From the IMG/VR virus record IMGVR_UViG_3300032213_001531, positions 40,994 through 104,993 of that record: a DNA stretch of 64,000 nt. One strand, 5' to 3'. How positions within the stretch are numbered: the stretch's first letter is position 1; every line of letters begins with the position of its first letter. Below are positions 21,656 to 31,339 of the stretch, piece after piece. The DNA is from a virus. The translations under genes and the position numbers were made by a program. The notes under the pieces were generated by a model that saw nothing but the letters and a program-made list of their open reading frames with translations, was not told the origin of the DNA and ran no database searches.

Positions 21656-21982
21656 TTATTCTTGTGAAGCAAGTGCAAGTAATGCTGAATCATTTAGATT
21701 GATACCTGATGCTGCTTCAATGATCTTGTATACTGTTGGCAGATCAACTAAATCTTCCAAATCAGCAACAGAGTAGTCTGCGTCTGCTTTATATTGTTTC
21801 ATTGCAATGTGGACACATTCAATTAGGATGTCCATTGATTTTTCGTTATCTGTTGCTACTGCTGTTAGTCCTTCAAAAGATTTCATAAACGGTCTAAGTA
21901 AAGAAATCTTAAGTGGCTGTGCGTCAATTTTTGTTCCGTCGATAAAGACGATCTCATTCTTTTCAATTGGCTTAGTTGCCAT
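21656..21982 (-). CDS. tail assembly chaperone (gpG-like)
   Basis: Start MATKPIE after GGAGG; between major tail and tape measure; paralogous to N-half of 22034..22720. Confidence 0.75.
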   Translation of the reverse strand: MATKPIEKNEIVFIDGTKIDAQPLKISLLRPFMKSFEGLTAVATDNEKSMDILIECVHIAMKQYKADADYSVADLEDLVDLPTVYKIIEAASGINLNDSALLALASQE

Positions 21983-22033
21983 GTATAACCTCCTGTGGTT
22001 GTAAATCAATTATACCATAGGCAGGCTTATTTT

Positions 22034-22720
22034 TTAGTCTATTTTTTCGTAAGACAATCCCATACCAATACCAAAACCAGCCTTTTGTGCATTTACTCCT
22101 TGCAATGCTAAAACGTCTTTTGAGTTAGCTGCTGTGCCACCGCTGTAAACTCTAGCTTTTAGCTCTTCCCAGGCATTTCCAGTACTCTTATTACTTGCCT
22201 TATCTAGGTCAACACCTTGCATTGCTGCTAAAAATTTCTGTTCATCGTATCTTGATTCTCTTTTACTTTCAAGAGTTGCTATTAGTTCTGGCATTGATAA
22301 AGACTCTTCTAATTGATTGTAGTCTTTCCAGATGCCCAGCAAAAATAACTCAGACTCTAGCTTTGCTAAATCTAATGTTTCCCAAGAAGATCCACTTTCT
22401 ACTGCTTGCTCTTTAACGCTTTGCTCTGAATCTTTATCTACTTTAATACCTGCTGCAATATCTATTAGTTTATATATTGTAGGAAGGTCAAAGTTATCTT
22501 CTAGATCCTCTACCGTCTTTATTTCTGGCATATATTGTTGCATGGCAATTCTGGCACACTCTACTAGATTTTCAATAGTGTCTTGATCCCCTTGAGATTT
22601 TCTAACAATTTCAAAAGCAACCATAAATTGTCTTAAATATTTTATTTTTAATGGAGTGATATAAAGTGGCGTTCCATCAACTAAATAAAGGACTTCACTA
22701 TTGTATATTCTCGTAGCCAT
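22034..22720 (-). CDS. tail assembly chaperone (gpGT-like long form)
   Basis: G-like N-half plus C-terminal extension in one frame; directly after major tail gene. Confidence 0.75.
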   Translation of the reverse strand: MATRIYNSEVLYLVDGTPLYITPLKIKYLRQFMVAFEIVRKSQGDQDTIENLVECARIAMQQYMPEIKTVEDLEDNFDLPTIYKLIDIAAGIKVDKDSEQSVKEQAVESGSSWETLDLAKLESELFLLGIWKDYNQLEESLSMPELIATLESKRESRYDEQKFLAAMQGVDLDKASNKSTGNAWEELKARVYSGGTAANSKDVLALQGVNAQKAGFGIGMGLSYEKID

Positions 22721-22744
22721 TAATATAGTATACCAAAAACAAAA

Positions 22745-22772
22745 TTGCCCCGCATCCTAAGATGAAGGGCAA
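22745..22772 (-). terminator. intrinsic terminator after major tail gene
   Basis: TTGCCC..CATC/GATG..GGGCAA stem followed by TTTTGTTTTT on minus strand. Confidence 0.7.
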
Positions 22773-22792
22773 CTCTGTATTATTAAGTTGTA

Positions 22793-23446
22793 TTATGATG
22801 CTGCTGGGATAGTGCGATCTACGATCTTGCCGTATGATGCATTATCATTTGGAAGTAGACGGAATGAAACCTCAAACATTGTTGCTTCATCACGCTTTGC
22901 TGATACTGAAACATTCTCAATTGAGAGTGCACGGTATGCAACATAGATTCTTTCCAAGCTTGAGCCAATTGCACAGTCACCTGTACCTGGACCTACTGCA
23001 ACCAAACCACGCTCGACTGGGCATTCGCCAATGTCTCCTGCTGAAAGGTTAAGTGATGCAGATCCTGCACCAATACCTGTTCCTGATAGGGCTGTTAGAT
23101 CTGAATCCTTGCCTGCTACTGCAAACAAAAGATTCTCTAGTGTTGCTTCAGCAAATGTAGTATTTAGGTTAACCTGCATACCTTGCTTGAACAACTTTGC
23201 TACGTCAAGAACCTGATCTACAGCAACTTCGCCGAAATCTGGCTGGAACTGTAGTTCCAAACCGTTCATTGTGTAACCAATATTACGGAAATCGGTTGTA
23301 TTTGGGGATGTGCTTAATGTATCCTTATACGAATCTCCGCTTACATATGCTGGCAAGTCACCATCTGTTAGTGTTCCTGCTTCATATGTGAAAAGTGCTG
23401 CTGCACCAACGATAATGTTAGTACTGTCGCCTCTTGTATATGCCAT
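22793..23446 (-). CDS. major tail tube protein
   Basis: Start MAYTRGD after GAGGTGG; NIIVGAA, GYTMNGLELQF and FEVSFRLLP motifs; position; downstream terminator. Confidence 0.85.
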   Translation of the reverse strand: MAYTRGDSTNIIVGAAALFTYEAGTLTDGDLPAYVSGDSYKDTLSTSPNTTDFRNIGYTMNGLELQFQPDFGEVAVDQVLDVAKLFKQGMQVNLNTTFAEATLENLLFAVAGKDSDLTALSGTGIGAGSASLNLSAGDIGECPVERGLVAVGPGTGDCAIGSSLERIYVAYRALSIENVSVSAKRDEATMFEVSFRLLPNDNASYGKIVDRTIPAAS

Positions 23447-23513
23447 AATTTCCACCTCTTTTTCTTGTATTGAATTGTAGGCGTGTTTCCTCAAATAAAG
23501 TATAACACGGGTT

Positions 23514-24086
23514 TTATATAATTATTTTAGTAGCCAAGCGGCTTTCTGGTCCTTCTGTGTTAATTAAAGCTGGCATTTGGTGGTAATCAAAATCAATAAT
23601 TATTTTATTTCCCCCATATGTACGAGCTGTTCCAAAATCAATGATGTCTCTGGTTTCTTCCAGCTGGTAGACTTTAAAATTGTGAAAATAGAACATGTTA
23701 TCTATGACCGTATTTTGATCTAACCTTATTTGTCTATTTGCACACCATGCGTTAATCTCTTCTGCGGTTTCATCAAACCTATCCATTAGCCTTAAGACTG
23801 ACTCTTGAATCTGTACCATATTTTCCACACTATTTTCTGCCGTAGCGTAAAAGTAATAAAGTAGTTGCTCACATTTAATATGAGGAAATCCTTTTTTATT
23901 CATTTTAATCAGTCTATCCCATGTAGCCATAACTCCGCCATCAGGAAAATATTGAGTTAAATCGTTTATTGTTGAAGGCGTTGATGGAAAAAATGGTGTT
24001 TCTATATCAGTAAGTAACTGAATTTTATTTTGCAAATACTTATTAATCCATAAAACTGGTGTATTTAATAAGCTATCGTTTGCCAT
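23514..24086 (-). CDS. tail terminator/completion protein (putative)
   Basis: Position between neck genes and major tail. Confidence 0.55.
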   Translation of the reverse strand: MANDSLLNTPVLWINKYLQNKIQLLTDIETPFFPSTPSTINDLTQYFPDGGVMATWDRLIKMNKKGFPHIKCEQLLYYFYATAENSVENMVQIQESVLRLMDRFDETAEEINAWCANRQIRLDQNTVIDNMFYFHNFKVYQLEETRDIIDFGTARTYGGNKIIIDFDYHQMPALINTEGPESRLATKIII

Positions 24087-24757
24087 TAAATACCAACTCC
24101 CGCACTAGCAACCCATTGAAATCCTACTTTAACTCCAGCAGATCTTCCTTGTTTCTTTCCACTTTGTAAATTTTTTCTATATACTGATGCATTCTTAAAG
24201 TGAGACTCTAGCCCACTTACTCTTAAAAAAGACTGTCTAAAGTAAACATTAAAAAATGTGCCTATAACTTCTTCAAATTTTCCCTGTGTTTCTCCACCAG
24301 GATTTAAGACAGTGACTGGCTCTTTAGTAAAAACCTCTTCGCCATCTATCTCAAACCTTAAAGCTTCTGCTTTTTTAGGAGTAATGGTTACAGCAATTCC
24401 GTTTTCCATAATTTTTGCTTTATCGTAAAAGGGAACCTTTGAACCATTTTTGATTGAAGTTGACTGTTTTAGATTAGTTTTAAACGTAAGTCCTAGATTA
24501 CTAACAGTATAATGAATGTCAAATAAACGACCTTCTGGAGTTCCAACCTGTGACCATTCATAAATATGATGAAGTGTAGATGGGCTTACTCTGGCATTAC
24601 TGTCAATATACTCATTCATAATCTTAGAAACGCCTTCACCTAAAGTTCTGTACATAGTTGTTTTTCCACGTTGAGCACCTTCTAAAAATCCAAAAGAATA
24701 TTGAACAATGTTATTCATGTCTTTTCTAAACGCTCTAGAGTCTATGTTCATTTTCAT
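24086..24757 (-). CDS. neck/tail completion protein (putative)
   Basis: Basic protein with PKKAEALRF motif; position. Confidence 0.55.
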   Translation of the reverse strand: MKMNIDSRAFRKDMNNIVQYSFGFLEGAQRGKTTMYRTLGEGVSKIMNEYIDSNARVSPSTLHHIYEWSQVGTPEGRLFDIHYTVSNLGLTFKTNLKQSTSIKNGSKVPFYDKAKIMENGIAVTITPKKAEALRFEIDGEEVFTKEPVTVLNPGGETQGKFEEVIGTFFNVYFRQSFLRVSGLESHFKNASVYRKNLQSGKKQGRSAGVKVGFQWVASAGVGI

Positions 24758-25200
24758 AGGTCTACCGCCTGATTCTCAGAACGACGGATAACAATTTTAT
24801 AATACTCTACTCCACCAAATGGTCCAACAAATGGCTCTACTGTAGCAACCTCAAAAATTGTTGGCTTTCCAGATCTTGGGCCAGCAGTTTCATTATAGAT
24901 TTCATTACAGTTTTTATCACGTATATTTGTGACAAGTATATTTGTTACTGAATTTCTTGAGTCTCTACTTGAAATTCTAAGATCACTTTTAACTCTTCCA
25001 AGCAATAAAGATTCTTGAGTAATATTGACGTTGGGTGTCACTTCTTCTTTAAAAGCTGATCCAGCTGAAGCAAAGCTGCCTGCAATTGTTTTATCTAGTA
25101 TCCACTGTTTTTTAACATTTCCATATGCGCCTTGCTCAACAATTGGATAATATATATCTGCTTGCATTGGAAATATGTAGTCCGTTGCTTCGCATATCAT
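24754..25200 (-). CDS. head-closure (stopper) protein (putative)
   Basis: Size, beta-rich composition, position after adaptor. Confidence 0.55.
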   Translation of the reverse strand: MICEATDYIFPMQADIYYPIVEQGAYGNVKKQWILDKTIAGSFASAGSAFKEEVTPNVNITQESLLLGRVKSDLRISSRDSRNSVTNILVTNIRDKNCNEIYNETAGPRSGKPTIFEVATVEPFVGPFGGVEYYKIVIRRSENQAVDL

Positions 25201-26108
25201 TAGATTATCCCTGGTTTAAGAATAGTATTTGCATACTTATCTAATATCTTATCTACTAGCATGTTTCCAGTTCCGTTAAGAACTGACTTATCAAACTGAA
25301 TTCTAAACTGATCTGTGTTGTAAGCAGTTACATATCTTTTATAGTAATCTAACTTTCCACACTGTATATCTTCAATTAGTGCCTTAGTAGCAACTTCAAC
25401 ATCTGAAGGAATTGTTTTATATCCACTATCTACAATAAAGGTATAATCATATCCCGCTGGAAAAGCAACTGATTGATATCCATAATATCCAAGATCGCCT
25501 CTTGCAATTGGAACATTTGGAGGAGATTGCTCTGAACGATTATAAGGATCAGTAATAACTCTTTGAATTGCAGAGTTATCTAAAGTAATAATATATTCAT
25601 ATGTATTTGTTTCTGGGGTTTCTACGTCATATACAAGAACATTGTTTTCGTATACTTTTAAGACTTTGCTTGTGTCATACCATATTGGGAAATAGTCTGT
25701 CCCCTGTCCAACTGCTTGAATAACTTGTTTATGATTATAGAAACCATTTGGAATAATGGTATCAATTACGGCTCTGGCAAGAAGTTCTTGCATTCTATAT
25801 TCTGCAATTTCTGAAGCTGTAGTAGCCATCTTATTAGCATTTACATAGGGTCTAATAATATCTAAATTCTCTTCATAAAGTGTGTGTATGTGTTCTGTAT
25901 CATAAAACTTAATATAAAATTTTCTATCGTATTGTACTTTTTCTAACGGTAGTTCATATTCAACTACCCCATTAGCATCAGATGTTACTTCTGTTTCTAC
26001 TACTGAGTGGTCCACCAGATCCTCAACATATTGAACGTACGTATAGTTTGGTATAGGTAATGTCCAAGTTGTTGTAATAGGATAAGGTGGAACTCTCATA
26101 ACCTCCAT
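25200..26108 (-). CDS. head-to-tail adaptor
   Basis: GYKTIPSDVEVAT...VDKILDKY adaptor-like C-terminus; position after capsid. Confidence 0.65.
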   Translation of the reverse strand: MEVMRVPPYPITTTWTLPIPNYTYVQYVEDLVDHSVVETEVTSDANGVVEYELPLEKVQYDRKFYIKFYDTEHIHTLYEENLDIIRPYVNANKMATTASEIAEYRMQELLARAVIDTIIPNGFYNHKQVIQAVGQGTDYFPIWYDTSKVLKVYENNVLVYDVETPETNTYEYIITLDNSAIQRVITDPYNRSEQSPPNVPIARGDLGYYGYQSVAFPAGYDYTFIVDSGYKTIPSDVEVATKALIEDIQCGKLDYYKRYVTAYNTDQFRIQFDKSVLNGTGNMLVDKILDKYANTILKPGII

Positions 26109-26111
26109 GTC

Positions 26112-26588
26112 TTACTTACCAAATTCCTTAGCAACTTCTTCAGGTGTGGCAAGTGAGATGTGTGAACGAGTAAGCCACTTTTCAGCAGCGCTCTTTGCTA
26201 CAATGTTGATACCAAAATAAACTTTGCCAACTTCTGGCCAGCTAACATTTTTTGTTGATCTAATAGCAACTGTCTCTTCTGGATTTATATCGATCTTTGA
26301 TTTCTTAGATGACTTTGGTAGTACTGGTGCTGCTGTAACTCCAATTGCACCACTATCTAATTGACCAACTGCCTGCTGTTCAGAATCTGATTTCCCAAAA
26401 TCTGATGTATTAATTGCTGTTGGTGCTTCTTCATGAGCTTCTGGCTCTAAAATAGATTCTTCAACAGCTGGTTGTTCAGCAACTACTGGCTCTTCAACTG
26501 CAGGGGTTTCAATAACCTCTGGTGTTTCTTCAATAATCGGAGCTTCAGTATTTTCTTCTACAACTGGGTTTTCATTTATATTTTCCAT
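26112..26588 (-). CDS. acidic hypothetical protein
   Basis: Glu/Pro-rich N-terminus; GGAGG RBS. Confidence 0.7.
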   Translation of the reverse strand: MENINENPVVEENTEAPIIEETPEVIETPAVEEPVVAEQPAVEESILEPEAHEEAPTAINTSDFGKSDSEQQAVGQLDSGAIGVTAAPVLPKSSKKSKIDINPEETVAIRSTKNVSWPEVGKVYFGINIVAKSAAEKWLTRSHISLATPEEVAKEFGK

Positions 26589-26627
26589 TATTTCCTCCTA
26601 AATAGTATTATATCATTATAAGTTATA

Positions 26628-26660
26628 AGGGGAGCAGGAGAATTAACTCCTACTCCCCCT
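26628..26660 (-). terminator. stem-loop after major capsid gene
   Basis: AGGGGAG.AGGAG / CTCCT.CTCCCCT inverted repeat. Confidence 0.7.
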
Positions 26661-26679
26661 AAATTTTACTGTTTACAGA

Positions 26680-27831
26680 TTATGCATCTGCTGCAGCATC
26701 AGCGTATGCGATAGCATCTTGCTCTTCCCATGTAATACCGAAGCGAACGAAGACTGTGTATTCTACAGTATCCTTCTTTGGCTTGTATTCACGGTTAACA
26801 GTGATATCACGCTGGAAGCCCCATACACGGTTCTGTGGGAATGTTAAATCAACATATCCTGCAGGGTAGTAAGGAACTTCTTGTACGTCAACTCCGAGAA
26901 CACGTGTTGTACGTGCTCCACCGAATGTCTGTGCTCCACCATCAAGGTATGCTTGACGATTAATTGGAGTTCCGCCAGCCCGTGAAGCAAATGCTTCAGC
27001 AACTGCGTCTGCTAGAGTACCGTTATTCTTAACGATTCCCTGGAATGCATCTGTACCAGCATAGAACTTCAAGTTAGACTTGATAGCACGATACTTACGT
27101 GGCATTGCTGTGATGATATTTTGCATTACTTCTGTTGTCCAAGCGTTATTAGCGACTGTTACAACTGATTCGTGAGCGTCATATCCTGCTCTAACTTGGT
27201 GAACGAAACCGTCCATAATTCCAAGGAATGCTCCATCTCCACTAAGACCTGTACCATTAATAGCAAGATCTTCAATGTCATTACCAAATGCGTTTGTCAT
27301 AAGACGAACGATATGATCTTCTAGTGCTGCACCTTCGATGTTATCTTCTAGTGCTTCTGATGTTACTTCCCAGTCAAGACGAATCTTCTTTGTAGTTAAT
27401 TCAACCTTTGAGAATGTTGCACCAGCATTTGTGTAATCACCAAGTGATTGTGCTGCTGCACGGATTACACGCTCTCCGACGTTTACCTTTTCGAGTTCCA
27501 TTGTATTGGCTCTCATAGTAACACGACGGCCATCTTGGGCGAGAGTGGTAGCATCCCACACGTAGTCAATAAAACGACGTGCTTGCTCTGGGCGTAGGAT
27601 ACCTGATCCAGCCTCACCTGAAGGATTTACTGCGTTTGGACCAGATGATGTACCTAATTGTGCTGATGGGATATTTCCCAACACGCCACCGTCAGTGTAG
27701 TTACCTGGTACGTTAACTGCTGCATCTGAACCTGATGCAAATGCTCCTTGACCCTGGTAGAGTCCTGGTGCTGTTCCGCCAATGTTACCTGAAGTACCTG
27801 GCTGGTTCTTTTCTATATTTTGTTCCGACAT
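26680..27831 (-). CDS. major capsid protein (HK97 fold)
   Basis: GILRPEQARRFID, EALEDNIEG, DIEDLAINGTG; strong RBS; follows protease. Confidence 0.92.
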   Translation of the reverse strand: MSEQNIEKNQPGTSGNIGGTAPGLYQGQGAFASGSDAAVNVPGNYTDGGVLGNIPSAQLGTSSGPNAVNPSGEAGSGILRPEQARRFIDYVWDATTLAQDGRRVTMRANTMELEKVNVGERVIRAAAQSLGDYTNAGATFSKVELTTKKIRLDWEVTSEALEDNIEGAALEDHIVRLMTNAFGNDIEDLAINGTGLSGDGAFLGIMDGFVHQVRAGYDAHESVVTVANNAWTTEVMQNIITAMPRKYRAIKSNLKFYAGTDAFQGIVKNNGTLADAVAEAFASRAGGTPINRQAYLDGGAQTFGGARTTRVLGVDVQEVPYYPAGYVDLTFPQNRVWGFQRDITVNREYKPKKDTVEYTVFVRFGITWEEQDAIAYADAAADA

Positions 27832-27854
27832 ATTGTCACCTCCTGTGATTTTTT

Positions 27855-29255
27855 CTAAATGAATAGATCGGCTGTTTTGAGGAAACTACCGCCCCATAGG
27901 GATTTTTCAACCGTTTCAGATTGATTCTGTACTATCTCGCCGAGATCGCCAGACTTTCGGAAAGCCGTGTCTGCTTCTACAGCATCTACTCGCTTACCAA
28001 ATTCATTAAATACATTTGAGGCTGTTGCAATATCTTTTGCTACTGCTTCAAATGAGCTTTTTACTTCGTCAACATCAACCTTTGAAGACTTAAGAAGTTC
28101 TACTTCTGCTTGTAAAGATTTAACTGTTGATACTAGATCGCTAAAGGCTGATGTAAGAGTGTTCTTGATTTCAGCAAGAGACTCAACAATTACTTCATCT
28201 GACTTAGCTGCCATAGGCTTTTTGGCCTCGGCATCTTCGTCTACTGGAGTTTCAGCAGCAGCCATAGCAGCAGATTCTTCTTCGTCAGTCATTGGCTTTG
28301 CAGCCTTTTCTGTTGAGTCTTTTGAATCTTCTGCAGCAGATTCTTCATCAGACATAGGCTTCTTATCAGCCTTTTCTGTTGCTTCTTCTACTGGTGTTAC
28401 TTCTACTGCATCTGCCTCTGGAGCGACCTCTACTGCTTCAACTGTAGCTTCTGATTTTGATACAATCTCATCTGCTACATTTTTTGTTGTTTTTGCCATA
28501 GGATTTGCCTCCTTGTTAATCTTAGAAGTATTAATGCCTTTAGCACTATCAACTAAGAACTTTATCATATTTGTTTTTTCATTATCCGTTTTTTCAACGA
28601 AACCTATATTAGTCATTTCATTACCATTTACTGGGCTAAGCTCAGACTCATTTTCTGAAACCATTACGAGTCCAGATTCTTTATCCCAAAATACATTCTC
28701 AAGCAATGTCTCATCTGCTTTAATAATATCTACACCATCTACTTTTTCAACAGATACAATGTTTGCAAACTGATTAGCAGGGGAATCAACAAGACTCAAC
28801 TCTACCAAATCATATTCCTTAATAACACGGATTGACTTATCTGATTTTTCATCATAAGCATCATCCCATTTATTCATTTTTCCGCCAATTGAAAAGCCAG
28901 TAAGGGTTCCGTCAAGAACTTTTTCCCAAGTATCTTGTGCACCCTTTGAAACATAAGCGGACACAAAAACACCTTTATAAAACTTCTTTGATGCTGGATC
29001 AAAATATTTATCTTCTTTAAAATCTACCATTTTACCTACTGCTACGGGCTGATGCATTTCTCTAATGTTCCCACGGAACTTTGCAAATGCTTCCATTGAT
29101 GCTTCTGCTGTAACAATATCATCTTGTTTATCAAGGTTATCTAGTGAAGCAAAACCAGAAACAATTCTTCGCTCTTTGTCTACTTTGGTAAGTGGCATTG
29201 AGAGACGAACATTTTCCCCATCGGTATCCCAATGAGCTTTTGATATACTATTCAC
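27855..29255 (-). CDS. prohead protease fused to acidic scaffold
   Basis: REMH, GFSIGG, ELSLVDSPAN HK97-type protease motifs; acidic coiled-coil C-terminus. Confidence 0.9.
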   Translation of the reverse strand: MNSISKAHWDTDGENVRLSMPLTKVDKERRIVSGFASLDNLDKQDDIVTAEASMEAFAKFRGNIREMHQPVAVGKMVDFKEDKYFDPASKKFYKGVFVSAYVSKGAQDTWEKVLDGTLTGFSIGGKMNKWDDAYDEKSDKSIRVIKEYDLVELSLVDSPANQFANIVSVEKVDGVDIIKADETLLENVFWDKESGLVMVSENESELSPVNGNEMTNIGFVEKTDNEKTNMIKFLVDSAKGINTSKINKEANPMAKTTKNVADEIVSKSEATVEAVEVAPEADAVEVTPVEEATEKADKKPMSDEESAAEDSKDSTEKAAKPMTDEEESAAMAAAETPVDEDAEAKKPMAAKSDEVIVESLAEIKNTLTSAFSDLVSTVKSLQAEVELLKSSKVDVDEVKSSFEAVAKDIATASNVFNEFGKRVDAVEADTAFRKSGDLGEIVQNQSETVEKSLWGGSFLKTADLFI

Positions 29256-29300
29256 TATTATATTATAATCCCTTTTTATTCGTTTATTTAAAAACTATGC

Positions 29301-30917
29301 TTATTCATCAAATTTGCGGCCTTCGCCTTTTGGATTTCTTCCAGCAACAGTAGATGAGCTATCAGAATTGTTATTTGTTCTTTGACTATCCCTTGCTCTA
29401 TTAGCAGTAGCATCTGCTGCCTGTTCTGGCTTCATCTCTAAAGGTTCATCCCCGCCATCTCTTTGAGGCATACCTAAAATTGTACGAGCCTCATTTGGAA
29501 CCATGATTTGAGCCTTAACATATCTTTCAAGAATTTGAGATTGTGTAATTTCATCAGTCAAGGTAAGCTCGTTAAACTTAAAATCCAAGATGTCTGTCTT
29601 TTCACGAATTACTTTACTAATCATTTTATTCAATTTATCTTGTGCTGGTCTGGCTACCTGCTCTTTAAAAGTTCTATCTTGTGCTAATGCTGCTGCAATT
29701 GCCGATGCATCACTACCGCCTAGCTTAGACAAAGGAACTTGATGTGCTACTAAAATATCATCACGGTTTTGTTTACGATACTTTTCAAAAGATCCTTCTT
29801 GAACACCATTTTCAATTGGCTCCATCTTAAACTCAACCTTATTGGTATCAGAATCTCCTGGTAGTGGAATGTAGAGAGTTCTATGAGATTGCCCCTTAAG
29901 TCCAGTCTGAAGGAATCTAAACATTTTATCTTCTGCTTCTGAGGAAAGCTTGGCACCTTTAAGGGTTACGACATATCTTGGAACAGCTTTATTTTGGAAA
30001 TAGTCAATATTGTACTGAGAGGCAAGGCTATCACCATACAAAGAGTTGATTGCTGAAATAATATCTGGAACACCATAAAAAGTGTTTAGTGGTGAGTATT
30101 GTTTAAAATGTATAATCTCATTTGGTCGTGCATCTGTCCCTAGTGGATTTGGATTAGTTGCTCCAAAGTTACGGAAATAAACAACCTTGTTTCCAATAAC
30201 TTGAACAAAGCCGTCACGAAGTCTGCGGACTCTAACTGTAGTAGATGGGATATGTCCAACGTATCCTATTTCTCCTTTTAGCGTTCTTCCGACTTCAAGA
30301 TACCCATTACCAGTTGCTTGAAGATCTGTATAAACTTTTTCCATTGAAGCAGTAAAAGAGTCATCGCTATTTAAACTTTCTAGCCAGTCTCTAACTTCAA
30401 TCTTTGCTCTTTCAATTCTTTTTCTTGCACGATCTACTGACGTAGCATCTGTAGAAGACTCTAGCTTTAGCATTGTTCTTGGAGATACCTCAAAGTCATA
30501 GCCTAGTCCAACTATATTTTCTACCTTAGCGTCAATAGCAGCATGATTAGCAAATGAGGTATCATAAAAATTAGCAAGTTCGTATAAATTCCAAGGCGGT
30601 GTAATAACATCAAATAAACCATATCCATTGCGATAAATAAGTCCAGGGTTAATTTCTTTTGATTGTGCTCCATCAATACCAGAACTAACAGCACGAGCTG
30701 AATCAATATATCCTTGGGATGCGTCAACCTTGCTTACATCTGTACCTAGTGATTTAACTACACGAGAAGCACGACGTTTAAAATTATTGTCCAATCCGTT
30801 AAGATTTTTTAAATCATCCCAGGATTTATTAAATGGGTCTTGTTTGTCAAAGGTATCATCGGCTTCAATTGTTTTATCAATTCTTGCTCCAATGACATAA
30901 TCGCTTTGATCTGACAT
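29301..30917 (-). CDS. portal protein
   Basis: GNGYLEV, NEIIHFKQYSP..FYGVPD, ILVAHQVP, PNEARTILG. Confidence 0.92.
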   Translation of the reverse strand: MSDQSDYVIGARIDKTIEADDTFDKQDPFNKSWDDLKNLNGLDNNFKRRASRVVKSLGTDVSKVDASQGYIDSARAVSSGIDGAQSKEINPGLIYRNGYGLFDVITPPWNLYELANFYDTSFANHAAIDAKVENIVGLGYDFEVSPRTMLKLESSTDATSVDRARKRIERAKIEVRDWLESLNSDDSFTASMEKVYTDLQATGNGYLEVGRTLKGEIGYVGHIPSTTVRVRRLRDGFVQVIGNKVVYFRNFGATNPNPLGTDARPNEIIHFKQYSPLNTFYGVPDIISAINSLYGDSLASQYNIDYFQNKAVPRYVVTLKGAKLSSEAEDKMFRFLQTGLKGQSHRTLYIPLPGDSDTNKVEFKMEPIENGVQEGSFEKYRKQNRDDILVAHQVPLSKLGGSDASAIAAALAQDRTFKEQVARPAQDKLNKMISKVIREKTDILDFKFNELTLTDEITQSQILERYVKAQIMVPNEARTILGMPQRDGGDEPLEMKPEQAADATANRARDSQRTNNNSDSSSTVAGRNPKGEGRKFDE

Positions 30918-31321
30918 TATTCATCACTTCCATACTTGGCAATTGTATCTTTAGCTGCTTGAACAGCGCCAAGATCATTAAGAGAAGGAATTAGGCCTGC
31001 TGCCATTCTTTCTTTTTGCTCTGAATATTCTTCTTCTGAAATTCTTGTAAGCCCTGGAACAAAAACACAAGTACCGTCACCTTCATCACCATAATGCTTT
31101 GCAGCATCCTTAAGTTTTGATATCTGCATAATGTCACCCTTCATAGATTCAATGTTTAAGACAGAACCATTTCCATCTGTAAACCATTTTCCATTGGCTT
31201 TTTTGTAGACATACAAGCCCCAGTCATAATGCTTTTCAATAATCTTGGCACGGGATTCTCCCACCTGCCCTTTCATTTTAGGTAAGGCTTTACGCTTTTT
31301 GTTTGGATTTTCCATATTCAT
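30917..31321 (-). CDS. hypothetical protein coupled to portal
   Basis: TAATG overlap with portal; ATG at 31321 lies 7 nt from TGGTATACT. Confidence 0.65.
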   Translation of the reverse strand: MNMENPNKKRKALPKMKGQVGESRAKIIEKHYDWGLYVYKKANGKWFTDGNGSVLNIESMKGDIMQISKLKDAAKHYGDEGDGTCVFVPGLTRISEEEYSEQKERMAAGLIPSLNDLGAVQAAKDTIAKYGSDE

Positions 31322-31339
31322 AACCATAAGTATACCATA

